Assembly (NCBI GenBank): GCA_045633505.1
Contig: JAZQYK010000061.1
Coordinates: 1,213 to 65,212 of the forward strand
DNA: 64,000 bases
From: Candidatus Fimenecus sp.
GTDB taxonomy: Bacteria; Bacillota; Clostridia; Oscillospirales; Acutalibacteraceae
Direction of reading: 5' to 3'
The stretch's first letter is position 1. Each line of letters begins with the position of its first letter. A program made the position numbers and the translations under genes. Below, in pieces: positions 26,005 to 34,670 of this stretch. The notes under the pieces are model-generated. The model did not search any database, was not told the DNA's origin, and saw only the letters and a program-made list of their open reading frames with translations.

Positions 26005-26970
26005 ATGAATTTTACTGAAGTTGGAAATAATGGGCTTGTTGAGGGCTATGCAGTCGTTAAACAGTGTGAAATTAAAACTGCAAAAAACGGCAATTCTTAT
26101 CTTGATTTGGTTTTGTCGGATAAAGACGGTGAAATCTTTGCAAAACTGTGGGATTTTAATGAATATACTCACGGAAAATATGAAAATGATATGTTCGTTA
26201 AGGTGAGAGGCACAATCTCTAAATATAACGGAAACGACCAGTTCAGAATTGAAAGAATCCGTCCCGTTGTTGAAAGCGATGGAGTGAACGTTGCTGATTA
26301 TGTGAAATCAGCTGATTATACGGGCGAAGAAATGCTGGAAGTTCTTTTGAAAACGGTTAAAAATTTTAAGGATGAAGATTTGAAAAAGGTTGTTATTTAT
26401 CTTCTTGAGAATAACAGAGAGAAACTTGTCTATTTTCCTGCCGCATTTCGTCTTCATCACGCAATCCGTTGTGGACTTTTAATGCATACTGCTTCAATTG
26501 TAAAACTTTGTGAAAGCGTTTGTAAGGTTTATCCTTTCGTTAATCGCGAATTGCTGATTTCGGGCGCAATTCTTCACGATATTGCAAAAACGGTTGAATT
26601 TGACGTGAGAGAAACAGGAATTGCGTCAGGCTATACAGTAGAAGGCAATCTTTTGGGGCATCTTGTAATGGGCGCAATGATGGTAAAAGAAGCAGCGCAA
26701 AAAGTTGGTATAGATAGTGAAAAATCAATGCTTTTACAACACATGATTTTATCTCATCACGGCGAGCCGGAGTTTGGCGCAGCAGTAAGACCTTTATTCC
26801 TTGAAGCAGAATTACTCTCACAGCTCGACTTGATGGATGCTAGAGTTTATGAAATTATGGATGCAGTCAGCGGTATCGAAAAAGGCGAGTTTACCAATCG
26901 TCTTTGGGCATTGGAAGACAGAAAATTTTATAAATACAACGACGAAAAATTAAAAGTTGATATTTTATAA
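26005..26970 (+). CDS. yhaM: 3'-5' exoribonuclease YhaM-like (OB-fold plus HD domain)
   Basis: N-terminal OB fold (..K.A.NG..YL.L.L.DK.GEI.AK.WD) and HD-domain motifs (HH..R.GLL.H, ILHDIAK, LSHHG). Confidence 0.75.
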   Translation: MNFTEVGNNGLVEGYAVVKQCEIKTAKNGNSYLDLVLSDKDGEIFAKLWDFNEYTHGKYENDMFVKVRGTISKYNGNDQFRIERIRPVVESDGVNVADYVKSADYTGEEMLEVLLKTVKNFKDEDLKKVVIYLLENNREKLVYFPAAFRLHHAIRCGLLMHTASIVKLCESVCKVYPFVNRELLISGAILHDIAKTVEFDVRETGIASGYTVEGNLLGHLVMGAMMVKEAAQKVGIDSEKSMLLQHMILSHHGEPEFGAAVRPLFLEAELLSQLDLMDARVYEIMDAVSGIEKGEFTNRLWALEDRKFYKYNDEKLKVDIL

Positions 26971-26987
26971 TAAAGGAAGTAATTGGA

Positions 26988-29900
26988 ATGCAAAAACGAA
27001 TATCTGTAGTGTTATCATTTATACTAACTTTGATATTGTTTCTGTCGATTCTTTGCATCGTAACCAGTGCAAATGACAGCGATTTTTATAATCTTGAGAT
27101 ATTCGAAAGTTGTAATGAAACAAATTATACTTTAACATTGTCAGGAAAAATTAGTGCAGATACATACACTTTCAGATATGAAGACGCTGAAGGTGTTTTG
27201 CCAGATTTTGATATTATTTGTGAATTTGAGGTTTTAGAAGATACTGATGAAATCTCATATAATGGCTTAATTTTGCAAAATTGTGCGCCAGAAAGTGCAG
27301 AATATGTTGGCGTTTATAACAGTGAAGGCGTGAGGGTTGCTTTTTCGGATGTTGATAATTTATCCTCAAATATTGTTGGTGATAAATTATATTCTTTTGC
27401 GGCAATTTCTGATACTCATATTGGTGCAAAAACTGCCGATAGTGATTTAATAAATGCTTTAACATATTTTGAAAATGACGTTGTTATTAAGTTTACCACT
27501 ATTTGTGGAGACTTGTCTCTTGCAGGCACAGAAACTAATCTTGACCTTTATAAGTCAATTGTCGATACATATACAACAAAACCAGTTTTTGCTATTTCAG
27601 GTAATCACGAAACAAATGCAAGTTTTGCACCATTGGCGATGGATAGCCTTCAGGCATATACAGAGCAGGATTTGTATTATTCCTTCACATATAATAATGA
27701 TGTTTATATAATGATGGGAATGTATAGCTCTTATGATAATGCTGAATTTGCGCAAGGTGAGCTCCAATGGCTATATGAAACTCTTGAAGCAAATCTTAAC
27801 AAAAGATGCTTCTTGTTTATGCATCTTTTTCCAAGAGATGGAAGTGGAGATGCTGTTGATTTAGACCTGGAAGGTGATATGTTAAATAATACGCAAGGAC
27901 AGGTTTTTTATAGTTTGTTGTCCCATTATAGCAATGTGATTTATATGCATGGGCATAGTCATCAAAAGTTTGAAATTCAGGAAGTTAATTCAATGAATAC
28001 TTATGACAACGTTTTTGGTTGTCATAGTATTCATATTCCATCATTAGCTTACCCAAAGTATATATCTAACTCAAAATTAGTTTCAGATTACAGTGCAAGT
28101 GAAGGTTATATTGTAGATGTTTATGAAGATCGCATAGTTCTTCGAGGAAGAGATTTTGTTTTAGGTAAATATTTGCCGATAGCACAGTATTCTTTGGACA
28201 CTACTGTTCAAGAAATTGAAGAAAATACATATTATGATAGCACAGGAATAATATATAATTGCAATTCAAATGTTTTAAAGGATGGACAATCTTGGTATAG
28301 CAGTAGTTTTGACAAAAATGATATTACAAAAATTTCTTTTGTGAATAACTATATAAGTACTGATTATGATGAGTGCTGGGATGCTACAATATCAAATAGT
28401 GGTCAGGTAATGGTATATAGGAATGGTAGCGAACTTGTAATCGTTGGAAATAAAAATGGAATTTTAGCCAATAAAGATTCAAGCCAGTTCTTTTGTGACT
28501 TTAAAAATCTTGAATCGATTGTTGGTCTTGAAAATCTAAATACATCTAATATTACAACTATCGATAGTATGTTTAAAAATTGCTATGCATTGAAGAATGT
28601 AAATTTATCTGCATTAAATAACATATCTTTTGAGCAACTTAATTATGTTTTTTCTGGATGCAAATCCTTAGAATATATCGATATCAGCGATTGGGATTTA
28701 TCCAATGTAAAAAAATACAACGGTATGTTTTTGGACTGCTTATCTTTGAAAAATGTTGTATTAAGTGATAATTCATCATTGAAACATGAAAGTGTTTATT
28801 GTTCTAATATGTTTAAAAACTGTCACAGTTTAACGAGTTTTGATTTTTCTGTTTTTGATGGTAAAAACGTATATCTCGGCTCAATGTTTGCTGGATGCAA
28901 ATCTCTATTATCTATTGATTTAAATAACATCACACCTTTATCTACAGCATATACATTTTTAAATTGTACTAATCTAGAAGCAGTCTTTATTACAAAAACC
29001 TTTACAACAATTGATAAATACTTTTTAGGAAATTGTCCCTCAATCAGATATGTGTTCTTTTCAGGAACAATAGAAGAATGGTCTACAGTAACTATTGATG
29101 ATAGTAATGCAGTAATAACTAATTTAATAGTTCATTGCAATTCGGTTGGATGCACATATGGAGAGAGCATTATCGACCTTGAACCAACATGTACAGAAGA
29201 CGGTTCAAAGCATATAGAATGTACAGTTTGTGGTGAGACTCTGGAAACCATAACTATTGAAAAGTTAGGTCATGTATCAAGCGATTGGATAACTGACCTT
29301 GAACCAACATGTACAGAAGACGGCTCAAAGCACATAGAATGTACAGTTTGCGGTGAGACCCTGGAAACTATAACTATTGAAAAATTAGGTCATATATCAA
29401 GCGATTGGATAACTGACCTTGAACCAACATGTACAGAAGACGGTTCAAAGCATATAGAATGTACAGTTTGTGGTGAAACTCTCGAAACTGAAATTGTTGA
29501 AAGACTTGGTCACGACTATTCAAACGAATACACTATTGATGTTGAACCCACTTGCTATACTGATGGTAGTAAATCAAGACATTGTACTCGTTGTGATTCA
29601 AAAACTGATATCACCGAAGTGTTAGCTACAAATCATATTGATAAGTGCTATTGCTATGAGTATGAAGTTGTTTCAGAAACTGATAAAACAATTAAGATTA
29701 CTAAATATTTGGGCAAAGAAGCAAAAGTTGAAATACCTGCAATTATAGATGGTTATACAGTTGTAGCTATTGGAAAATCTGCTTTTGCCGAAAATTCAAC
29801 AATAATTAGTGTTGAAATTCCTGATACTGTAAAAACGATTTGTAAGAATGCATTCTTTTTATGCTATAATCTTGCAAAGGTTGTATTGCCAGAAGGTTTG

Positions 29901-31136
29901 ACAACAATAGAGTATAGTGCATTTAGTTACTGTACAGGACTAATAAATATAAAAATACCAGATAGTGTAACTGGAATTGGTGAGTCTGCATTTTCTTATT
30001 GTTCTTCACTTGAAACAATAAATATTCCAAGTGAGATTACCTATATCAGAAAAAACACTTTCCGTTCTTGTGTTGAATTGACTCGTATAATTGTTCCTGA
30101 CAAAGTGGAAATTATCGATGAATATGCATTTGGCTATTGTAGTTCATTGATAGATATATGGTTGCCTACTAGCATAGATGTGCTTTGTGAAAATGCATTT
30201 TCATATAGTAATGCTTTTTCTACTGTGTATTATGCTGGCACTGAAACAGAATGGAATAACATAACAATTGGTAAAAATCAACTTAATCATAGTGTGCAAA
30301 TTCATTATAATGTTTCTGTTGAAGGAATAGATTCTCACTGGCAAGAATATTCAATTGATGCAACTTGTACAGTTGATGGTGAGTATGGCTATGAGTGTCC
30401 TTGTGGATATAAAGAAAGTACGGGTATTCCTGCACTTGAACACGAGTTTAACGAAGAATTTACAATCGACAAAGAACCAACTTATGATGAAACAGGTTCA
30501 AAATCACGACATTGTTCAAGATGTGATGAAGTGACCGATGTTACAGAAATTCCAATGCTTGAAGCTCTCAAAAACGGCTGGATAAACGAAAACAGCAAAT
30601 GGGCATATTATGAAAACGGTGACAAAGTTATAAATAGATGGATTAAAGACAGTGTAGGCTGGTGCTACGTAGGTGCTGATAGTTACTGTGTAACAAATTG
30701 TTGGAAAGCTGACTCACATGGCTGGTGTTACCTTGATGCTAACGGCAGAATGGTAACTAACATGTGGGTTAAAGACAGCGTCGGTTGGTGCTATGTAGGT
30801 GCCGACGGCTACTGTGTAACAAACAAGTGGATGAAGGACAGCAAAGGCTGGGTTTATCTTGATGCTAACGGTAGAATGGCAACTAACCAATGGATTAAAG
30901 ATACAGTAGGTTGGTGTTATGTTGGTGCTGACGGCTATTGTCTCACAAATGCTTGGGCAAAGGATAGTGTAGGCTGGTGTTACCTTGATGCAAACGGCAG
31001 AATGGTATATAGCAAATGGATACAATATAATAACCAATGGTATTACCTTGACGAAAACGGCTATATGGTAACGGGTACTAAAGTTATTAACGGCAAAACA
31101 TATAAATTCAACTCAAGCGGTGTTTGGCTTGGATAA
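26988..31136 (+). CDS. Large secreted multidomain surface protein: signal peptide, calcineurin-like metallophosphoesterase, two BspA-type leucine-rich-repeat blocks, Cys-rich ~40-aa modules, C-terminal cell-wall-binding (CW_binding_1-like) repeats
   Basis: Signal peptide; phosphoesterase motifs SDTHIG, GDLS, GNHE and GHSH; LRR consensus (..F..C..L..I.I..). Three DLEPTCTEDGSKHIECTVCGETLE modules plus degenerate copies. About 9 GW.Y.D.NG.M..N.W repeats at the C-terminus. Confidence 0.8.
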   Translation: MQKRISVVLSFILTLILFLSILCIVTSANDSDFYNLEIFESCNETNYTLTLSGKISADTYTFRYEDAEGVLPDFDIICEFEVLEDTDEISYNGLILQNCAPESAEYVGVYNSEGVRVAFSDVDNLSSNIVGDKLYSFAAISDTHIGAKTADSDLINALTYFENDVVIKFTTICGDLSLAGTETNLDLYKSIVDTYTTKPVFAISGNHETNASFAPLAMDSLQAYTEQDLYYSFTYNNDVYIMMGMYSSYDNAEFAQGELQWLYETLEANLNKRCFLFMHLFPRDGSGDAVDLDLEGDMLNNTQGQVFYSLLSHYSNVIYMHGHSHQKFEIQEVNSMNTYDNVFGCHSIHIPSLAYPKYISNSKLVSDYSASEGYIVDVYEDRIVLRGRDFVLGKYLPIAQYSLDTTVQEIEENTYYDSTGIIYNCNSNVLKDGQSWYSSSFDKNDITKISFVNNYISTDYDECWDATISNSGQVMVYRNGSELVIVGNKNGILANKDSSQFFCDFKNLESIVGLENLNTSNITTIDSMFKNCYALKNVNLSALNNISFEQLNYVFSGCKSLEYIDISDWDLSNVKKYNGMFLDCLSLKNVVLSDNSSLKHESVYCSNMFKNCHSLTSFDFSVFDGKNVYLGSMFAGCKSLLSIDLNNITPLSTAYTFLNCTNLEAVFITKTFTTIDKYFLGNCPSIRYVFFSGTIEEWSTVTIDDSNAVITNLIVHCNSVGCTYGESIIDLEPTCTEDGSKHIECTVCGETLETITIEKLGHVSSDWITDLEPTCTEDGSKHIECTVCGETLETITIEKLGHISSDWITDLEPTCTEDGSKHIECTVCGETLETEIVERLGHDYSNEYTIDVEPTCYTDGSKSRHCTRCDSKTDITEVLATNHIDKCYCYEYEVVSETDKTIKITKYLGKEAKVEIPAIIDGYTVVAIGKSAFAENSTIISVEIPDTVKTICKNAFFLCYNLAKVVLPEGLTTIEYSAFSYCTGLINIKIPDSVTGIGESAFSYCSSLETINIPSEITYIRKNTFRSCVELTRIIVPDKVEIIDEYAFGYCSSLIDIWLPTSIDVLCENAFSYSNAFSTVYYAGTETEWNNITIGKNQLNHSVQIHYNVSVEGIDSHWQEYSIDATCTVDGEYGYECPCGYKESTGIPALEHEFNEEFTIDKEPTYDETGSKSRHCSRCDEVTDVTEIPMLEALKNGWINENSKWAYYENGDKVINRWIKDSVGWCYVGADSYCVTNCWKADSHGWCYLDANGRMVTNMWVKDSVGWCYVGADGYCVTNKWMKDSKGWVYLDANGRMATNQWIKDTVGWCYVGADGYCLTNAWAKDSVGWCYLDANGRMVYSKWIQYNNQWYYLDENGYMVTGTKVINGKTYKFNSSGVWLG
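29175..29500 (+). repeat. In-frame tandem repeat, 120-bp unit, about 2.7 near-identical copies (inside the surface-protein gene)
   Basis: Units start at 29175, 29295 and 29415. Copies 1 and 2 differ at 7 of 120 positions. The first ~62 nt of copy 3 are identical to copy 1. Confidence 0.9.
30575..31133 (+). repeat. Degenerate ~60/120-bp coding repeats specifying cell-wall-binding repeats
   Basis: Alternating KDSVGWCYVGADGYCVTN.W and KDS.GWCYLDANGRMVTN.W units. The nucleotide periodicity is visible. Confidence 0.75.
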
Positions 31137-31143
31137 AAAATTA

Positions 31144-31180
31144 AAGGGTAGAGAATTTAATCTCTACCCTTAATTTTTTT
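31144..31180. terminator. Terminator between the convergent surface-protein gene and ackA
   Basis: aagggtagaga / tctctaccctt stem followed by TTTTTTT. Confidence 0.75.
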
Positions 31181-31191
31181 GTTTTATTGAA

Positions 31192-32412
31192 TTAAAGTGA
31201 ATTTACAATATCTCTTGTATCTCTTGCGATAACAAGTTCCTCGTTTGTAGGAAGAACATAAACTTTAACTTTTGAGTTTGCTGTTGAAAGTTCTCCTTCA
31301 GCACCTCTGATAAGTGTCTTACCGAATTCTTCATCAATTTCAATTCCAAGGAATGTAAGTTCTTTACAAACCTTTGCACGAATATCATCAGCATTTTCAC
31401 CGATACCGCCTGTAAATACGATAGCGTCAATACCATCCATTGCAGCAGTATAAGCACCGATGTATCTCTTAATCTGATATGCGAGAATATTTCTTGCAAG
31501 TGCACAGCGTTCGCCAAGACCTTTTTCATTTGATGCGGCTTCTGCCTTAACATCACGGTCATCAGAACCAACACCTGAAATGCCAAGAATACCTGATTTT
31601 TTGTTAAGAAGTGTATCCATTTCCTTAACTGAAAGGTTTTCTTTTTCCATAATGAAGAGAATTGCTGATGGGTCAACAGCACCGCAACGAGTACCCATAA
31701 TAAGACCATCAAGTGGAGTAAGTCCCATTGTTGTGTCTATTACTTCACCGCCCTTAACAGCTGTGATTGATGAGCCGTTACCAAGGTGACAAGTAACAAT
31801 TTTAAGGTCTTTGATATCTTTGCCCATAACTTCTGCACATCTTGCACTTACAAAGCGGTGTGATGTACCGTGGAAACCATACTTACGAATCTGATATTTT
31901 TCATAGAATTCATAAGGAACAGGGAATGTATATGCTTCAGCAGGCATTGTGCTGTGGAAGGCATTATCAAAAACAGCAACCTGTGGAACATCTTTGCCGA
32001 AAAGTTCAATACTTGCATTGATACCCTGAATGTGAGCAGGGTTGTGAAGTGGAGCTAAAGCACACAATTCTTCAATACCCTTAATAACTTCATCAGTAAC
32101 GAGCATACTCTTGTTGAAAAGAGAACCGCCCTGAACGACACGGTGACCAACGGCAGTAATTTCGCTGATGTCGTCAATTACCTTGTAATCACCCTCAGTA
32201 AGAACCCTTTTAACTTCTGCAAAAGCAGCAGTATGATTCTTCATTGGTACTTCATATTCAACTTTTTGTCCGTCAGGAGTTTTGAAACTGATACAAGCGT
32301 TATCAGAACCAACTCTTTCACAAATACCTTTTGCGATAACTTCTTCATTCGTCATATCAATAAGCTGATATTTGAGTGATGAGCTACCTGCGTTAATAAC
32401 AAGAATTTTCAT
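31192..32412 (-). CDS. ackA: Acetate kinase
   Basis: MKILVINAGSSSLKYQL and GFHGTSH motifs in a full-length AckA. The start is moved to the ATG at 32412 after GGAGGA. Confidence 0.95.
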   Translation of the reverse strand: MKILVINAGSSSLKYQLIDMTNEEVIAKGICERVGSDNACISFKTPDGQKVEYEVPMKNHTAAFAEVKRVLTEGDYKVIDDISEITAVGHRVVQGGSLFNKSMLVTDEVIKGIEELCALAPLHNPAHIQGINASIELFGKDVPQVAVFDNAFHSTMPAEAYTFPVPYEFYEKYQIRKYGFHGTSHRFVSARCAEVMGKDIKDLKIVTCHLGNGSSITAVKGGEVIDTTMGLTPLDGLIMGTRCGAVDPSAILFIMEKENLSVKEMDTLLNKKSGILGISGVGSDDRDVKAEAASNEKGLGERCALARNILAYQIKRYIGAYTAAMDGIDAIVFTGGIGENADDIRAKVCKELTFLGIEIDEEFGKTLIRGAEGELSTANSKVKVYVLPTNEELVIARDTRDIVNSL

Positions 32413-32525
32413 TATTCTTTTCCTCCGTTTTTTACTTTTTTCTTGAAGTAAAATCAAATCTATATTATTATATACTTGTATTTGTTTAATTTCAAGTGAT
32501 TTTCTTCAATTAGTGAGGTTAATTT

Positions 32526-33701
32526 ATGTCAGTTATAGGTATTATTTGCGAATTCAATCCTTTTCATAACGGTCACAAGTATTTAATTGACTCTGTGAAA
32601 AAAGACGGCGACACCGTTGTGTGTGTAATGAGCGGCAACTTCGTTCAACGCGGTGAACCTGCTGTTATTCCGAAAGAAGTACGAACTGAAGCGGCACTTT
32701 TGAACGGCGCGGATATTGTTCTTGAATTGCCTTTCGTTTATGCAACCGCTTCTGCAGAATTGTTTGCTCAAAGTGCGGTGAAAATGCTCAATGATTTCGG
32801 TTGTGATAAAATTGCCTTCGGTACGGAAAATGCAGATGAAACTCTGCTCGAAAATGCAGTGGACGTTCTTCTGTCCGACAATTTTCAAAAAGAAGTTTTG
32901 AATGAATTGCAAAATGGAGTAAGTTATCCAACTGCAAGACAGACGGTTTTTAATAAATATAACAGTGAAACAGATATTTCAACTCCGAACAATATTCTTG
33001 CAATTGAATATATAAAAGCAATAAGAAACTTAAACTCCGATATGGCGCCGATTGTGATTAAACGAAAGGGCGCAGGGTATAATGAGAATACTGCAATTGA
33101 AAACTTTGCTTCAGCAACTCATATCCGCAATCTCATAAATGATAATGAAAATTACGGTGACTATATCCCTGAAAATCTAATTGAATTGTATAGTGACACA
33201 ATCAATAACGGAATGATAGTATCAAAAGAGAAATATAATATTGCCGCTTTGAGTGTTTTAAGGAATTCCTTAAATGGTAATTTAAGTAATATTGCCAACG
33301 TTTCTGAAGGATTAGAAAACAGAATTGCTGAAGCAATAAAATCCAACGTTGAATTAAATGACGTTTATGATAATGCAAAAACAAAGAGATATACCCATTC
33401 AAGAATAAGAAGAGCGGTTCTGTCAATGATTATGGGGATAAACGCAGACGACTTAAAAATTCAGGTGCCATATTGCAGGCTTTTAGGCTTTAACAGTAAA
33501 TGTGGGACCGTAATGGGTGAACTTGTTAAAAACGCAAAAATGCCGTTTGTCGCATCATATTCAGACGTTGTCCGTTTATCAAACGACGAAGCAAACAGAA
33601 TTTTTGAAATTGAAAATAAGTCAACAGATTTTTACAATCTAATATTGCAAAATTCACTTAATTGTTCAACAGAAATGAAATTTATGCCGATAAAATTGTA
33701 A
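32526..33701 (+). CDS. tmcAL: tRNA(Met) cytidine acetate ligase TmcAL (YlbM/UPF0348 nucleotidyltransferase)
   Basis: N-terminal I.EFNPFHNGH.YLI motif, MSGNFVQRGEPA, and ~390 aa as in YlbM. Confidence 0.8.
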   Translation: MSVIGIICEFNPFHNGHKYLIDSVKKDGDTVVCVMSGNFVQRGEPAVIPKEVRTEAALLNGADIVLELPFVYATASAELFAQSAVKMLNDFGCDKIAFGTENADETLLENAVDVLLSDNFQKEVLNELQNGVSYPTARQTVFNKYNSETDISTPNNILAIEYIKAIRNLNSDMAPIVIKRKGAGYNENTAIENFASATHIRNLINDNENYGDYIPENLIELYSDTINNGMIVSKEKYNIAALSVLRNSLNGNLSNIANVSEGLENRIAEAIKSNVELNDVYDNAKTKRYTHSRIRRAVLSMIMGINADDLKIQVPYCRLLGFNSKCGTVMGELVKNAKMPFVASYSDVVRLSNDEANRIFEIENKSTDFYNLILQNSLNCSTEMKFMPIKL

Positions 33702-33726
33702 TTTGCAGGAAATCTTGCAAAATTAC

Positions 33727-33755
33727 TTGCTTTTTTCTTGCAAAAAAGGTATATT
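33727..33755 (+). promoter_or_regulatory. Promoter candidate for the RpiR-family regulator, with TTGCAAAA boxes
   Basis: TTGCTT, a 17-nt spacer, then TATATT. A CTTGCAAAA box lies within the spacer (33737-33745) and another at 33714-33722. A TTTGCA-N8-TGCAAA dyad sits at 33702-33721. Confidence 0.35.
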
Positions 33756-33794
33756 TGTTTGAGTATGAATATTTATTATTCGAGGTGAATTGCT

Positions 33795-34670
33795 TTGAAA
33801 AGTTTTATATTATCCAAGGTTGATTTATCAAATAAAAAACTTTCTAAAAGTCACAAAAAAATAGTTGAATATATAACAGAGAATTTTGATAAAGCTGCAT
33901 TTATGACGGCTTCAAAACTTGGTGAAAAAGTAGGAATAAGTGAATCAACCGTTGTTCGTTTTGCAACTGAAATGGGCTTTAAAGGCTATCCTGAATTGCA
34001 AAAAGAGCTTCAACAGATGATAAAATCTAAACTTACGGCAGTTCAACGAATGGAAGTTTCAAGTACGCTTATCGGTGAGCAAGATGCAATAAAGAAGGTT
34101 TTAAACGGCGATATTGAGCTTATCAGAAAAACTTTGGAAAACGTATCGACTGACGAATTTGCGAAATCGGTTGATATTATAAATAAAGCACGAAAAATTT
34201 ATATACTCGGTGTCAGAAGCTCTGCTGCTCTTGCAAGTTTTCTGTATTTTTATCTTAATCAGGTTTTTGAAAACGTTGTGCTGATAGATACAACAAGCGG
34301 AAGTGAAATGTTTGAACAGATGTTCAGAATCAGTGAAAATGACGTTTGTGTTGCCATTAGCTTCCCGCGTTATTCAAAACAAACCATCAATGCTTTAAGA
34401 TTTATAAGTGACCGTGGCACGAAAATAATTGCAATTACTGATTCTGTGGATTCTCCTATTGCAGAATATGCAGACAGACTTTTGGTTGCAAAAAGTGATA
34501 TGGTTTCAGTCGTTGACTCGCTGGTAGCTCCGCTGAGCCTTATAAATGCATTGATTGTTGCCGTTACGTTCAGCAAACGTGAAGAAGTATATAACAATTT
34601 TAATAAACTTGAAAGTATCTGGGACGAATATCAGGTTTATGACAAATCAGACGAGGCAAATAATGAGTAG
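33795..34670 (+). CDS. MurR/RpiR family transcriptional regulator (HTH plus SIS domain)
   Basis: HTH_6-like N-terminus (..A..LGEKVGISESTVVRFA..MGFKGY.EL) and a SIS domain (IYILGVRSSA). TTG start after GAGGTGA. Confidence 0.85.
   Translation: MKSFILSKVDLSNKKLSKSHKKIVEYITENFDKAAFMTASKLGEKVGISESTVVRFATEMGFKGYPELQKELQQMIKSKLTAVQRMEVSSTLIGEQDAIKKVLNGDIELIRKTLENVSTDEFAKSVDIINKARKIYILGVRSSAALASFLYFYLNQVFENVVLIDTTSGSEMFEQMFRISENDVCVAISFPRYSKQTINALRFISDRGTKIIAITDSVDSPIAEYADRLLVAKSDMVSVVDSLVAPLSLINALIVAVTFSKREEVYNNFNKLESIWDEYQVYDKSDEANNE

Noticed and set aside
29175-29500. Regularly spaced near-identical 120-bp repeats that could superficially suggest a CRISPR-like or satellite array
   Set aside because: The repeats are contiguous with no unique spacers. 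They are in frame within a long ORF and encode a conserved Cys module, and no cas genes are present. They are protein-coding tandem repeats.
31203-31712. 169-aa ORF on the minus strand, in a different frame, inside ackA
   Set aside because: It is an alternative frame of a highly conserved gene (ackA) with a low-complexity translation, so it is a shadow ORF. The same reasoning applies to 15566..15952, 36568..37017, 50717..51178, 30714..31037, 11586..11915, 12275..12583, 38557..38862 and the other short antisense or overlapping track ORFs.
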